Positions 1 through 13,043 of a stretch of 64,000 nucleotides of DNA are shown here, one piece after another; position 1 is the first letter of the stretch; the number at the start of each line of letters is the position of its first letter. Below the pieces are notes generated by a model. That model was not told the origin of the DNA, did no database searches, and saw only the letters and a list, made by a program, of their open reading frames with translations. Source of the DNA: Chrysomallon squamiferum. Taxonomy: Eukaryota > Animalia > Mollusca. The position numbers were made by a program, and so were the translations under genes. The stretch is from the NCBI GenBank assembly GCA_012295275.1, contig CM022675.1, forward strand, positions 2,294,001-2,358,000, given 5' to 3'.

Positions 1-343
1 ATCTCAAATTTTGTTTGGGGAGGTTCCTAAATACATATAGGAAATTAAAGTCGTAAAATATTTTAGTCGTCTTTCAAAGCGATATCGAAAAACACTCAGA
101 ATATGAATAGATCAAACATCGTCATTAAACTATTAGTTGCTTTTACTTTAAGTGAGAGAGAAAAAAGTCTGACTAATATATATCACCATGTATTTAGTGC
201 ACCACAATAGGTACATTATGTAATGTCAGTTACTATAAATAAACATAAAGAAAATAAAGAAAAATATATATACAGAGAAAACCTCTGTGTTCAGCCTTAG
301 TAACAGTAAAAATACTACTACTAACAGTAGTGATAATACTGTT

Positions 344-455
<112 letters not shown>

Positions 456-989
456 ATATATATGATATAAATTCCTTTTATCGAAAAATGGGAGTTTTCG
501 TGCAGTGCACATTGCATTAGTTTCATAATAACATCTAATATTATTTTTCATTAAATACGCTGTTGATTTCATTAAAATACATTCACTGAGTATACAGTAG
601 ATATACATTCCTTTTATCGTCCTGTTGGTGATAGATGAATGATAATAATAAAGTAACACATTTTATTTACATTTAACGCTTCAGATATATTTAAGAAAAA
701 TGGGAGTTTTCGTGCAATATACATTGCATTAGTTTCACTTAATAACATTTCCGCATTAAAATAACAAAACACACATACAACACACAGACGCACGCACATA
801 TACATACATTTACATACATGTATGCATAATAACAGCATCTTAATGATAGCGATATCGACTGGTGACGTCTCGAGTTAACATGTTTGTGTCTGTGGAGTAA
901 TAAAACAAACACACTAGCACAGATATATATATATATACACACACACCCACACTTAGACAGACGTTGATCCATACGTAGATACATGCATA

Positions 990-1932
990 GATACATACAT
1001 ACATTAATACATACATACACAACTACATACATTAATACATGCATACACAACTACATACATTAAGACATACATACACAACTACATACATTAATACATACAT
1101 ACACAACTACATACATTAATACATACATACACAACTACATACATTAATACATACATACATACACAACTACATACAAATACATACATACATTAATACATAC
1201 ATACACAACTACATACATTAATACATACATACACAACTACATACATTAATACATACATACACAACTACATACATACACAACTACATACATTAATACATAC
1301 ATATACATTAATACTACATACATTAATACATACATACACAAGTACATACATACATACATTAATACATTCATACACAACTCCATACACAACTACATACATT
1401 AATACATTCATACAACTGCATACATTAATACATCCACAACTACATACATTAATACATTCATACATACATTAATACACAAATACATTAATACAATACATAC
1501 ACAACTGCATACATAACATAATACACAACTACATACATACACAACTACATACATACATTAATACATGCATATACACACCTACATACATTAATACATACAT
1601 ACATACACACTACACATACATACATACACATACACAACTACACACATTACATACACCTACATACATACACAACTGCATACATAATACATGCATTATACAT
1701 ACATACATATATACACTAACTACATACATTAATACATACATACACAACTACATACATTAATACATATACATACATACATACACAACTACATACATTAATA
1801 CACCTACATACATTAATACATACATACACACCTACATATATACACAACTACATACATACACAACTACATACATTAATACATACACAACTACCTACACAAC
1901 TACCTACACAAATACATACATACACAACTACA
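990..1932. repeat. Compound minisatellite built from (ACAT)n, about 28-bp unit CATACATTAATACATACATACACAACTA
   Basis: Direct inspection shows many variant units. Confidence 0.92.
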
Positions 1933-2275
1933 TTCCTTCATAACAGAAAAATGTAACTGCGCTTCACCAACAGAGCTGTGTCTGTGTATGCGTGTGTGCG
2001 TGCGTGCGAGCGTGTATGTGTGTGTTTCTTTGTTGCTATAATTCTTGTTATTCCTCCTATTTTCTCTTATACAACACCCCCCAAGTCCCGAATCCCCATA
2101 AAAAAAGCAAATGAGAAGACAATAAATAATGGTAAACATGAAGTCTAAAACAGTGAGATAATTTGTTTTCTAACGTAGAGTAATGATAACAATTATATGT
2201 ACATTAAATAAAATACAAGTAATATTTTTAGCTTATTAAAGAAAACAAATAACATGAACATCATTTCTAAAAGCT

Positions 2276-2281
2276 TTTATT
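2276..2281 (-). promoter_or_regulatory. Candidate polyadenylation signal AATAAA of gene A
   Basis: Lies in a block (2170-2300) conserved with the region downstream of gene C (58170-58300, AATAAA at 58267-58272). Confidence 0.45.
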
Positions 2282-2429
2282 AAAATTGCTGAAAATCTAA
2301 TGAAATATAAAATAATCATAGTTATAATAATAAATACCAAAGAAACATATCCTTCGAAAAATGCGGATGCAAGCTTTACTCGTAGCCAAAGAAGCAAGAA
2401 AATGAGTGATACTAATACCAATACTAACA

Positions 2430-2685
2430 CAGGAACCGAACCAATTATCCGGCGTCCTGAAATCCGGAAAGACCATAAATGTTTTCCCGACGCTATTTTC
2501 ATAGTTCGCGTGCACGGATGTTGTCCTCACCAGCCCAGATCTGGCTTTTCTTTATGTTTTAAATTCTAAAATATTTATGTCAAATTATTTACGTATTTAG
2601 ATCTCTTATAACCAGAAAACCGGAAAATACAGAAATCCGGAATGCCTGAGGCCCCAAGGAGTCCGGATAGTTGGTCCGGTACCTG
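2430..2685. mobile_element. MITE, about 256 bp (Tc1/mariner-pogo type ends)
   Basis: Left CAGGAACCGAACCAATTATCCGG vs reverse complement of right end CAGGTACCGGACCAACTATCCGG. TA on the right flank and internal repeated AATCCGGAA motifs. Lies in the probable 3' UTR of gene A. Confidence 0.75.
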
Positions 2686-2690
2686 TATAC

Positions 2691-2725
<35 letters not shown>

Positions 2726-2735
2726 TAAAATAATA

Positions 2736-2773
<38 letters not shown>

Positions 2774-3186
2774 GTAAAATAGAAGTGAACAAGTAAACTA
2801 CGATAAAAAAAACAACAACTAAAATAAAGAAACAAATTAATAAACAACACATTGAAGCAAACAGAAAATCATGAAAATTTGCAAATAGTGCAGAAATACC
2901 AAAACCAAATATGAGAGAAAATTATATCTGAATATTTAGAATTTGTGTTTATTGCCATTCAAACAAATGTTCATAAAAATAATCACTGTTCTTTAAACTA
3001 TTCCCTAAACATGTGAAATTTAACGGCAAAGCAAGCAAAGAAAATAATCTGAATATAAACAAACAAATAAATAAATAAATAGAAATAAGAAAAAAAAAGT
3101 AAATAAAATAAAAATAATGAAAAAGTGATAATTACTTAAAATCTGTTAGTTTGCTACTACAGTAACATGAACCATGTTTGTCAGGA

Positions 3187-4180
3187 TTAACTAAATTTGT
3201 TGACATGTTCATTCTTCTGATTTGATCTTTTTTTCTTCAGTAAGATGATCACGACAATCCCGATGACAAGTGAGAAGATCATCACCATGGCAACACAGAG
3301 AACAATCAAAATCGTGGTACTGACATCAATTAGATAAGATCCATGATGTTCATCTGATGTCTGTGAAATACCTAGAATGCAGAAAATGTTTAAAAGTCAG
3401 ATGTTTCTTTTCTTTCATGCAAGCAATATATGTTAAAGAAAATATGCATTTAACTATTGATTTAATTTCACAAAACTTACGCTATGGCAACAAATTAATG
3501 ACTAAAACCAATAGAAGATGTTTAAGATAAACTTACTTGATGTTCGATCTTCATTCGTCACGTCCAGAACAATATATGTCTTTCTGACAAGTTCATCAGA
3601 CGTTTCAGCAGATCTTCGTTTTCTTCCAAGTCCTTGCTTGCCATTGCAGTCCACCTAAGTTTGAAAGTTTGTATGTTTATGTTTGTATTTATTTATTTGC
3701 TACCAACTTTCTTACTTATTGGTTGATTGTTTCTGTTCTGTATAGTCATTTTAATGTCAGAATGTTTTATATATTATTCAGGAATAATAAGGAAAAAGTG
3801 TTAAGAAAATTAGCGGCTTTAGAAACAGGAAATTGGAAATTGCAACGTTTAGCTTTAGACAGTTTCACCAATTTGATCCTATCTTATACTGATAAATAAA
3901 TAAATAAATATATCCATGCATTATCCTTTCCTAGCACGCGTATCTTACTGTAAGTGTGTTTGTTAGCTGTATTTTTACAAATTTATCTTTGTTATTTCAT
4001 ACAAACCAAATTGTTTTGTCAGTTATTTGATCAGCTTTGTCTGGTATTAAATTAACTATCAGCTACCGTTCTTTGTCCTTTTCTCAATCCAGGGCCTAAC
4101 TGGATTTTCATTTCATGAGGGATAAACCTTAACAGGGCTGTTTTACAGATATTATGAGAAGCAAATTGAGCGTATCGTTA

Positions 4181-4211
<31 letters not shown>

Positions 4212-5417
4212 TTTTATTTTTATTTTATTTTTTTATATTTTAATGTATTTATTTATTTATTTTATTTTTTTTATATTTTAACAAATTATTAGGTTTTGAA
4301 ATTAGCAAAGTTCAAGCTGTAACTTAATATATAAATATATTTATTCTCTCTTATAGCATTCTATCAATTTCAAACTATGATATATTTAGATATGTTCATT
4401 CTTTCTTATAACATTCTATCATTTTCAAAGTATGATTTATATTAAAATATATTCCAATTGTTTCCTTCGATAAGATTGACATTGAGTCTTTAAGTATCTA
4501 TGTAATTGTCTTTTGACAACAACAAAAAGGAGTTGTCCGTTGTTTTGTGTCAGTTTTCTCTCCGTTTTTTTTCTGCCTGTTAATTTAAGTACGAGTTATC
4601 ATTCTTTGTCTTTTTTTCATATTAAAGGTTGAAAGAGATTTACACTTCAGGGGAGATAACTTGCTAGGTTTAACACTCTTCTTTCCCGTTATAATAGTAA
4701 ACTATCGCGTTTTTAGTTCTTTTCTTTTTTTTCAAATTTTCAAAAAATATCTAATAACTACTATTATAATATAATAATAAACAGTGTGACAATTATGTTT
4801 ACTTTTATCACTGACAGTCATATAGACATCATTCTGTGATGTGCATATTTTAACCTGACAAAATAAAACACTTAAAATAAAATTATAAAACTAATCAAAC
4901 AGTTTAGAAGAAAATATTGCAACTTACTGGTTCACAGAGAGATTTTTGACTTGGAGGACAAACTTTGACAGAACATTCTGTAGAGACTGCGTTGTTTTTG
5001 TTAAAGGTGAAAGCTTTCAACTTGAATGTGACGTTGTTTCCTAATCTTTCAGGTTTCTGTATCATCAGTTTACCAATCTCAGACGATGGACAGCTGAATG
5101 AGTAAAGAGTATCAGATTAAATAGCATTTCTCTTTAGTTTTCGCGATCTGAATAAACACTCGTTTTTTTTAGAAAAAAATTCGCTTATTTCAGCTTTTAG
5201 AAATTATAAAGTTATTTATTCCATAATAATTAGTCTGCAGTTCGGTTGTTTATCAAGAGGTCACTAATATATGTAAAATATAATTATGTGAATCGAGAAT
5301 ATATCTGAATTGTTGAAGAGAAAAAAAAAAATAAAAACAATACTATTGCTACTACTACTACTAATAATAACAGTATATATTTATAAGTTCATGTATACAA
5401 TAAAAATGCAAAATTAA

Positions 5418-5455
<38 letters not shown>

Positions 5456-5692
5456 TGATGATGATGATGATTATGATGTTCAGTATTTGCTAGTGCTTCT
5501 CGGAGGCGACTGAAAATCCATGTTCATCAGTTCTGTGCTAAACAACTATAAGTATATAAAAAAAAAAAAAAAAAAAACCTGTTAAAATAAACTGTTACCT
5601 GTTTTCAATGATTCTCAAAGATTCACTATCTTGTCCAGTTTTCTGATTATCAGCAGTACATGACTCCACTCTGACAGTGCCTGATTCTGGCT
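3187..5692 (-). CDS. Gene A: remainder of ZP-C, furin site, EHP, transmembrane helix, cytoplasmic tail
   Basis: VRVESCTA...LRIIENSCP...VTFKLKAFTF...STECSVKVC...LCEPVDC, then GRKRRS, then LVRKTYIVLD, then ILIVLCVAMVMIFSLVIGIVVIILL followed by KKKR. This is a textbook ZP C-terminal layout. Confidence 0.9.
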
Positions 5693-6298
5693 CTGTTGAA
5701 AATGTATTGCAATATTCGTGTTTAGAGATGTTGCTATCTCAAACAAAATTATATTTTTTCAAGGAGTTATAATGAAGATTATGCTAAGAGTTGGGAATTA
5801 AAGGTGATATTTACCAGTATTTTTCTCAGCATAATTTAATATAATTAAATAAATAAATAAATAATTTCAAAGAACTTTACTAATAATTACAAGCGGTAAT
5901 GATAATAACAGCATATATTCAGAGACAAACATTTCGCTTTGGAAAGTAGAGAGTAGCATTCCTTTAGAACTATGTGGATGATACTAATACCGATAATTAT
6001 ATAACTAAACTGTACTTAAAAATGGAAGCAAAATTCTGAAAGAAAAAATGATTTAATACAATATTTATTCTGCACCTGTGTCTATTCTATATGGGCGCTT
6101 GATATTATTTTAAATTTTTTTTTGTTGTAAATATTTTTTTTTTATTATTCGTATTATTTTAATTAATTAATTAATTTATTTATTTATCTATTTATTTATA
6201 TATTTATTTATTTATTTGTTTGTTTTACAAAAAATAAAAATAAATTACTACTACTACTACTACTTCTTCTACTATTACAACCACTACTACTACTACTA

Positions 6299-6330
<32 letters not shown>

Positions 6331-8063
6331 ATAATAATAATAAAATATCATTTGTAAGAAATAAATGATGAGTTCTCATATGTTTAAAACACATAGCTTT
6401 TTAAAGACGTGAAATATTTTCATCTGATTTCATAGACAGGGAGTGTTAAATTTGTTAATAATACAGTTCAAATGACAGGTCGACAATACTACTTTTATTA
6501 GAAGTCGTAGTTCTAATCATAGTAGTAGTACTAGCACAACTGTTTATTTATTTATATATTTTATTTATTTTATAATTTTTATTTTTATTTTATTTTATTT
6601 TATTTTACATATTTTGTTTTCATAGAAAACAGTAGCTGATATTTCTTAAACAATAATATTATGAACGACAGGTGATAACAGGCACAAAAAATAGTAAAGC
6701 TAGAAACATAATGATTAACAGAGGCTAAGAGTTACCTGCACATATCACACCAGCATCTTGAGCGTGGTAACATAGAATGTTGCCCCATTGAAAATTACAC
6801 TGTTCAAGACTCGTTTCATTTCCCAAACAGTGAATATCACGCAGAAAGATAGGTCCTGATCCTTTTCCAAAATAAGCACTACCAACTGCTTTAGCATTTG
6901 AACTGTAAAGCACGGAATGAATCATTTGAAAATATATTTCTTTACTGTCATTAAATTTATAACGATCTTTCTTACAATGATGTTGTAAAGAGCTACCATA
7001 ATCATGTTTAATGCCTTACGTAATCAAACAGCTATCATAATAATCATGATTAACAAAGTAGTTGCAACTGTTATAATAATCATCATTAGTAATTTCGAAA
7101 GGAAAGAGAGATGTGTTCTAACAGAAGTAGCAATAAGAATAATAAAAACTAAATACAAAATCAAGTCTACTATTCATAATTATTATCAATAAGTTATTCC
7201 ACGAATGCTAGCTTTCTGAAAGAAACAATATTATTAATAACTTAGTAACAACAGTTATCATAATCAGTAACAATAACTTACTTAATAAAACAAAACACTC
7301 TCCTGTAAAATAGTAATTATTAATAAATTACTTAGTGAAACCCATCATTCTGTAATAAACATCTGTTAAAATAATCATTTTAATAACTTACTTAGTGAAA
7401 CCCAGCATTCTGCAGTAAACAGCTGTTATAATAATCATTATTAATAACTTACTTAGTGAAACCCAGCATTCTGCAGTAAACAGCTGCGTTGTAATCAGTA
7501 TGAAATTTATCACAGACTGTGCCCCACATTCCAAGATATTTAATCTCTACTCGACCTTCTCGTTCTGAACTGCCTCCAACCAGACGAATCTCAATTTCTG
7601 CTTTATCCTCTGCAGTAAGAAACAAAATTCTCTAACAAACTAAGATTTCTTGTCATCTCACAGATACACACAATTTTTCACTTACATTTTATCCCATTAT
7701 TAATTTCGTTGTGTTTTGTCTCTGAGACAATGAATGTTATTCTCCATAGAAGAAATGATTAAACATGTGGTAGATGTTTAGAGACTGCTGTCTAAAACAC
7801 ATTACCTGAACACAGCAGGGCTGTGTACTTCTCATGACCACCGTTTTCACTAAGACTAATGTAACACTCATTAATGTTCTTTTCCAGTCCTGAACAAACC
7901 ACAGTTGATGTCCAAATCTTTTTGTTGCTTGACGTCAGATTATGCTCACGTTCACTCAGTAATATTCCTTGATAACTCCTTTAAATAAATATATTAAAAA
8001 TACATCAATTCATATACAGTAATTATTTCAGATTTTAAATGTTTTTATGGACGTCATTTTACT

Positions 8064-8112
<49 letters not shown>

Positions 8113-9257
8113 TGTGTTATTATTATTGTCATCGTCAGCATCATCCTCATCATCATTATGAGCTTTGTTAGTATTAGTAAGTGATATTTAACTGTTTAAT
8201 ATTACATTCTGTTTTTACTTACTCGTTATATCCAAGTGTTCTGCACAAAACTTTAGCATCCGCGGGAGAAGGTCTCGAATCATAGAGTCTGCCCCACTCA
8301 TTGTTTATTTTCACTTCAACTACACCGTAGTTACTGCTTGGACCACCAACAAGTCGTAATTCAATGTCTGATATGTCCACTAGAAAGTAAACATAAAAAT
8401 AAAATCAATGCATTCAACTTTTTTTTTTTTTTTTTTTTTTTATTACTTTTACTATTTTTTAAAATTTATTTGGCTTCTGCAGTTAAACAACTGTTACTGT
8501 TATAATAAGAGTGTAATCTGTGGTTGGATGTTGATACGTTTTTCTTAGTGCCTGAAACTGACAATGTGACAGCATGATGAAAAACATAATAATATTAACC
8601 TTTCTTGTATTCTAAACTGTTTTCTGTGTAGAAATCGCTAGTTTTATCAGATAAACATTGGAATAAACTAACCGAAACTAATAGCTTTAACATTAATACC
8701 TGAACATAAAATATACCAAGATTTGCATTCGCTCGTTTCATTCCGAAGTTTAAGAAAAGACAAATGCAGAGCAGGTTCATAACCACCACTGAAAGCCTCA
8801 TACTTCCATTTATTTCCAGTAACTGTTTCACCAGCATGATAGTCTATTTGTCTGTGAAGAAACACGCGCAAAATAAAAATAAACTTAAACGGTTATTCAA
8901 AAATATATGTTAGAAGTAGAATAGTGTGCGGAAATAGAAAAGCAGACGCTGCTGAAAAAATAAATCATAAATAACAAATCCTAATTTTGATTAGAAATGT
9001 TGAAATTTATATCAATATAATTTGTATGTATATTTAAACGTGTGTATGTGGCCTTGTGCATATGCATATATTTACGATAACATTAGTACTACTACTATTA
9101 CTAGTACTATACTACTGCTGCTACTATTACTACTACTACCACTAATTATTATTTTTATTATTATTATTGCCATTACTATTATTATTATAATTATTACTGC
9201 TGTTGTTGTTGTTGTTGTTGCTGTTGCTGTTGTCGTTGTTGTTATTATTATTATTAT

Positions 9258-9297
<40 letters not shown>

Positions 9298-10378
9298 TTG
9301 AACGTTTGCGTTTAAAAAGACGTACTAACCTTGCATAACCCAGTTGCCGACACACAACGTCAGCATTTCGTCTCCCACGTTTGTCTGTGTAACACACTGA
9401 ATTCCATCTGCCATCATCAAATACTTGAAGATCTCCTACTTGTTTGCTGATTCCACCCACGAGTCTCAGTTTGTATGGAGCAGGATTTTCTGTTATAGTA
9501 GAACAAAACACAAATTTTATTCTTCATCACTGAACAGCCACAACAACAATTATGATGATAATAATGATATCAAAGATAATGATGATGATGATGATGAAGA
9601 TAATGATAATACAATTTCTTTACCGTCACATATCATTCCAATATCATCTCCAGTGCAGCCATCACAACAGTCAATAACATCCCAGATATAGCAACCATCT
9701 ACGTCCATTTCAAATCCAACACAAAATAAAGAACCTATCCAAATTTGTCCAGTTCCTTCTGGGAAGAATCCTTTACCATGTGGTATACCAAACGCACTGT
9801 AGGATAGAAACTTAACTGTAAAAACAGTGTTAACACACACGTATACACGATATTGTTTTTATGTATTTATTAATTCATTTATTTATTTACTTATTTATTT
9901 TATTTTTATTTTTATTACTTCTTTTACAGACACACACAGTGCTTTCTCTTATATATTTTTACTTTGATATTATATACAAGAAATTTCCATTCATAATACT
10001 GCAAAATATGGACTTCGCAAGGTAGAACTACAGCAAGAATCACAACTATTTGCTATTAACTTACGTGTTGAATCCGAGAGTTCTACAAACCGCTGTGGCC
10101 TCGTAGTGGGTGAAATAATCAGTGCGCAGTCTGCCCCATTTACCTTTGTACAGAACTTCTACTCGACCTTCTTTAGTTGTATTACCATCAACCAGACGAA
10201 CTTTCACTTTATAATGAAATAGTAAACATAAATGATAATTCACAGGAAATTCCCCAAAATCCCTTAGGAAATGGGAATGTAGTTACAAAATGGAAAGTCG
10301 ACAGTTTTAAGTCAAGAATAAACACTGAAACAATTCAGAAACATAAAATAAATAATTAAAGTCTATAGCTGTAATCTA

Positions 10379-10466
<88 letters not shown>

Positions 10467-10703
10467 CCTGGTTCAATGTCGGCAGTCTTTTCTGGTAACT
10501 CTTCTGTCAAGTCTGAGAATATAAAGAGAAATAACAACAATAAATAAATTAATAAATAAGTAATAAAAAACTGAAGCGCCAAAAAAATAAAAAATAAAAA
10601 ATAAAAAATTAATTAATTAGAAAAAAGCAAGAAAAAAAAAGAAGAAAAAAAACACACAAAAAGACCACAAACAAAGCCGAAATCAGAATTAATTAGTGAT
10701 AGC

Positions 10704-10737
<34 letters not shown>

Positions 10738-11000
10738 GAGTAATATGTGAGAAAAATCATAACAAATTATAACAAATAAAAAAAAACATTGTTCCTACTT
10801 GTAGTAAACTGAAATGTAAGTTCTTCATCTAAAGATACAGCTGCTGATTCTGAAACTGAAGACCCGTCTTTGAGGTCGATGTTGAACTGGACAAGCGAGG
10901 AGTCTATTGAGTTGACTGTGTTTGTAATATTCAGTGTGTCTCTGTAAAATAACATCAAGTGGTATGCCAGGTGTCCAAATTGTTCACCATATACAAATTA

Positions 11001-11036
<36 letters not shown>

Positions 11037-11174
11037 TGTAATATCACAACGTGAAATACTGATGCTTGAAATTGAATTTTCAGTGCATTAATTTCGTCAT
11101 TACCGAAATGTTAACTCAGTAGTAACCACAATTGTAAGTAAAGTTATAAACATTCCAGGAAAGAAAGAAAAATA

Positions 11175-11213
<39 letters not shown>

Positions 11214-11266
11214 TAATATTAATATTATTATTATTATTATTTTTATTATTATTATTGTTGTTGTTG

Positions 11267-11310
<44 letters not shown>

Positions 11311-12341
11311 ATCAACCTTTCAGTTTGTTTGGTTGTTATCACTTTGGTGACAGTCAAGGTTATTGCATGGTTGTTTTTTTCACTACAAGTGACAGAGACT
11401 TTCGTGTCGAGGTTTGTCATGTACTTTTCACTGAACTGAATGATCACATCTCGAGTTCGACCTCCATTTACCTTAAGAACGAGTCACAATTACACGAGTT
11501 ATGTTCAATCAATGTCTAATACCACTTTGTACAAAGATAACAACAAATATTTTTTAAAACAATTTTTCTGATATTATAATTCCACAAATACACAACATTT
11601 TAAATCTGTTTTATTTAAACAATCTATGGAAGCAGCTAAGTATTTAAACATATTTCATTAAGAAAGAAACAATAAGAAAAAAAAAAAAAGAAGAAGAAAA
11701 TAAAGGAAAAGAAAAATTATAAAAAAATGAAAAGAACTGACCTGAGTCACCCCTCCACATTCAGGATCCTTAATATTCAGAACCACGCCCTGTTTTCCCG
11801 AGGATGGAGCCGATAGTGTGAATTTGCAACTTGGCGTGTCTTTTCCACCTTTAGCATAGACGACACCATTAAATGTCCCAGAAGGATAAATCATAATCAT
11901 CATAGAACTTTTCTGACAGGAAACATCATCTGCAAATAATAAGATTAGTATTTGTCAGCAAGAATAATCATGATGATTGATATGATGATACTACTGCTAC
12001 TGCTACTAATTATAATAATATTTATTTAGGTATTTATTTTACATTACTTTACTGGGAGGTGCAATGTATAGTAAATAACAGTAAAAAAACAACCGGAATA
12101 TTATCCCCCTTCATTGCTACGTAAAAGACTGGTAGATATAAAAAATAAATTGTATTTTGTTAAGTAGAATTAATTACTCACATCTTTTGTTTTCACAGTG
12201 GTCACCATAGAAACCAGGTGCACAGAAACACGCCTTGTTTCCATTATCATTGTAACAGATACCTCCATCAGAGCCACAAGAGTCAGTCTGATTTGTACAC
12301 GGACTTGAACCACTCAGACCTGGAAAGAAATAATAAGAATA

Positions 12342-12429
<88 letters not shown>

Positions 12430-12997
12430 GAAGCAATAATAATAATAATAAATAAATAAATAAATAAATAAAAAGTAAAAAAAAAAAAATAAAAAAGGAA
12501 AAGAAAATAAAAGAACAAATATGTGTGTGTGATTTTCTGTCGTCTGAAATGTTAAGAGTTTATTAGTGAACCACTCAAACCTGGAAACAGAAATTTCGTT
12601 TCTGTCACGATATGAAAAAAAAAATAAAAACAGTTGAAAAAAAAGAAAAAACTAAAAATCTACCTATATCTGTTCGGTTACCCACACTTAACGTATTGGA
12701 ATTAGAATACTGACTTGTCTTCAGCTCACAGTTGTAGCCAGTGTAGTCATTTCCACAGTCACAGGTGCCGTCATTTTGACAAGTTTTATTATTAGCACAA
12801 TCCTGACCCTGTCGTCTGCAGTCGAAGTACTCATCACCTGTAAACAACATTTTAGCATAGGATAACTTTCATGACTGAAAATTGTAATTCAGTAAAAGAA
12901 AAAAAATATATATGGTGACAGATTTTAGTTTAAATTCCAACAGATGTAGTAGAAATAATAATAATGGTAACAAATAATAATAATAATGATGATAATA

Positions 12998-13043
<46 letters not shown>

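Noticed and set aside
6736-10206. Calling the gene DMBT1 or CD163
   Set aside because: There are no CUB domains, it has N-terminal EGFs, and the SRCRs lie inside ZP-C. Orthology is unsupported, so no symbol is given.
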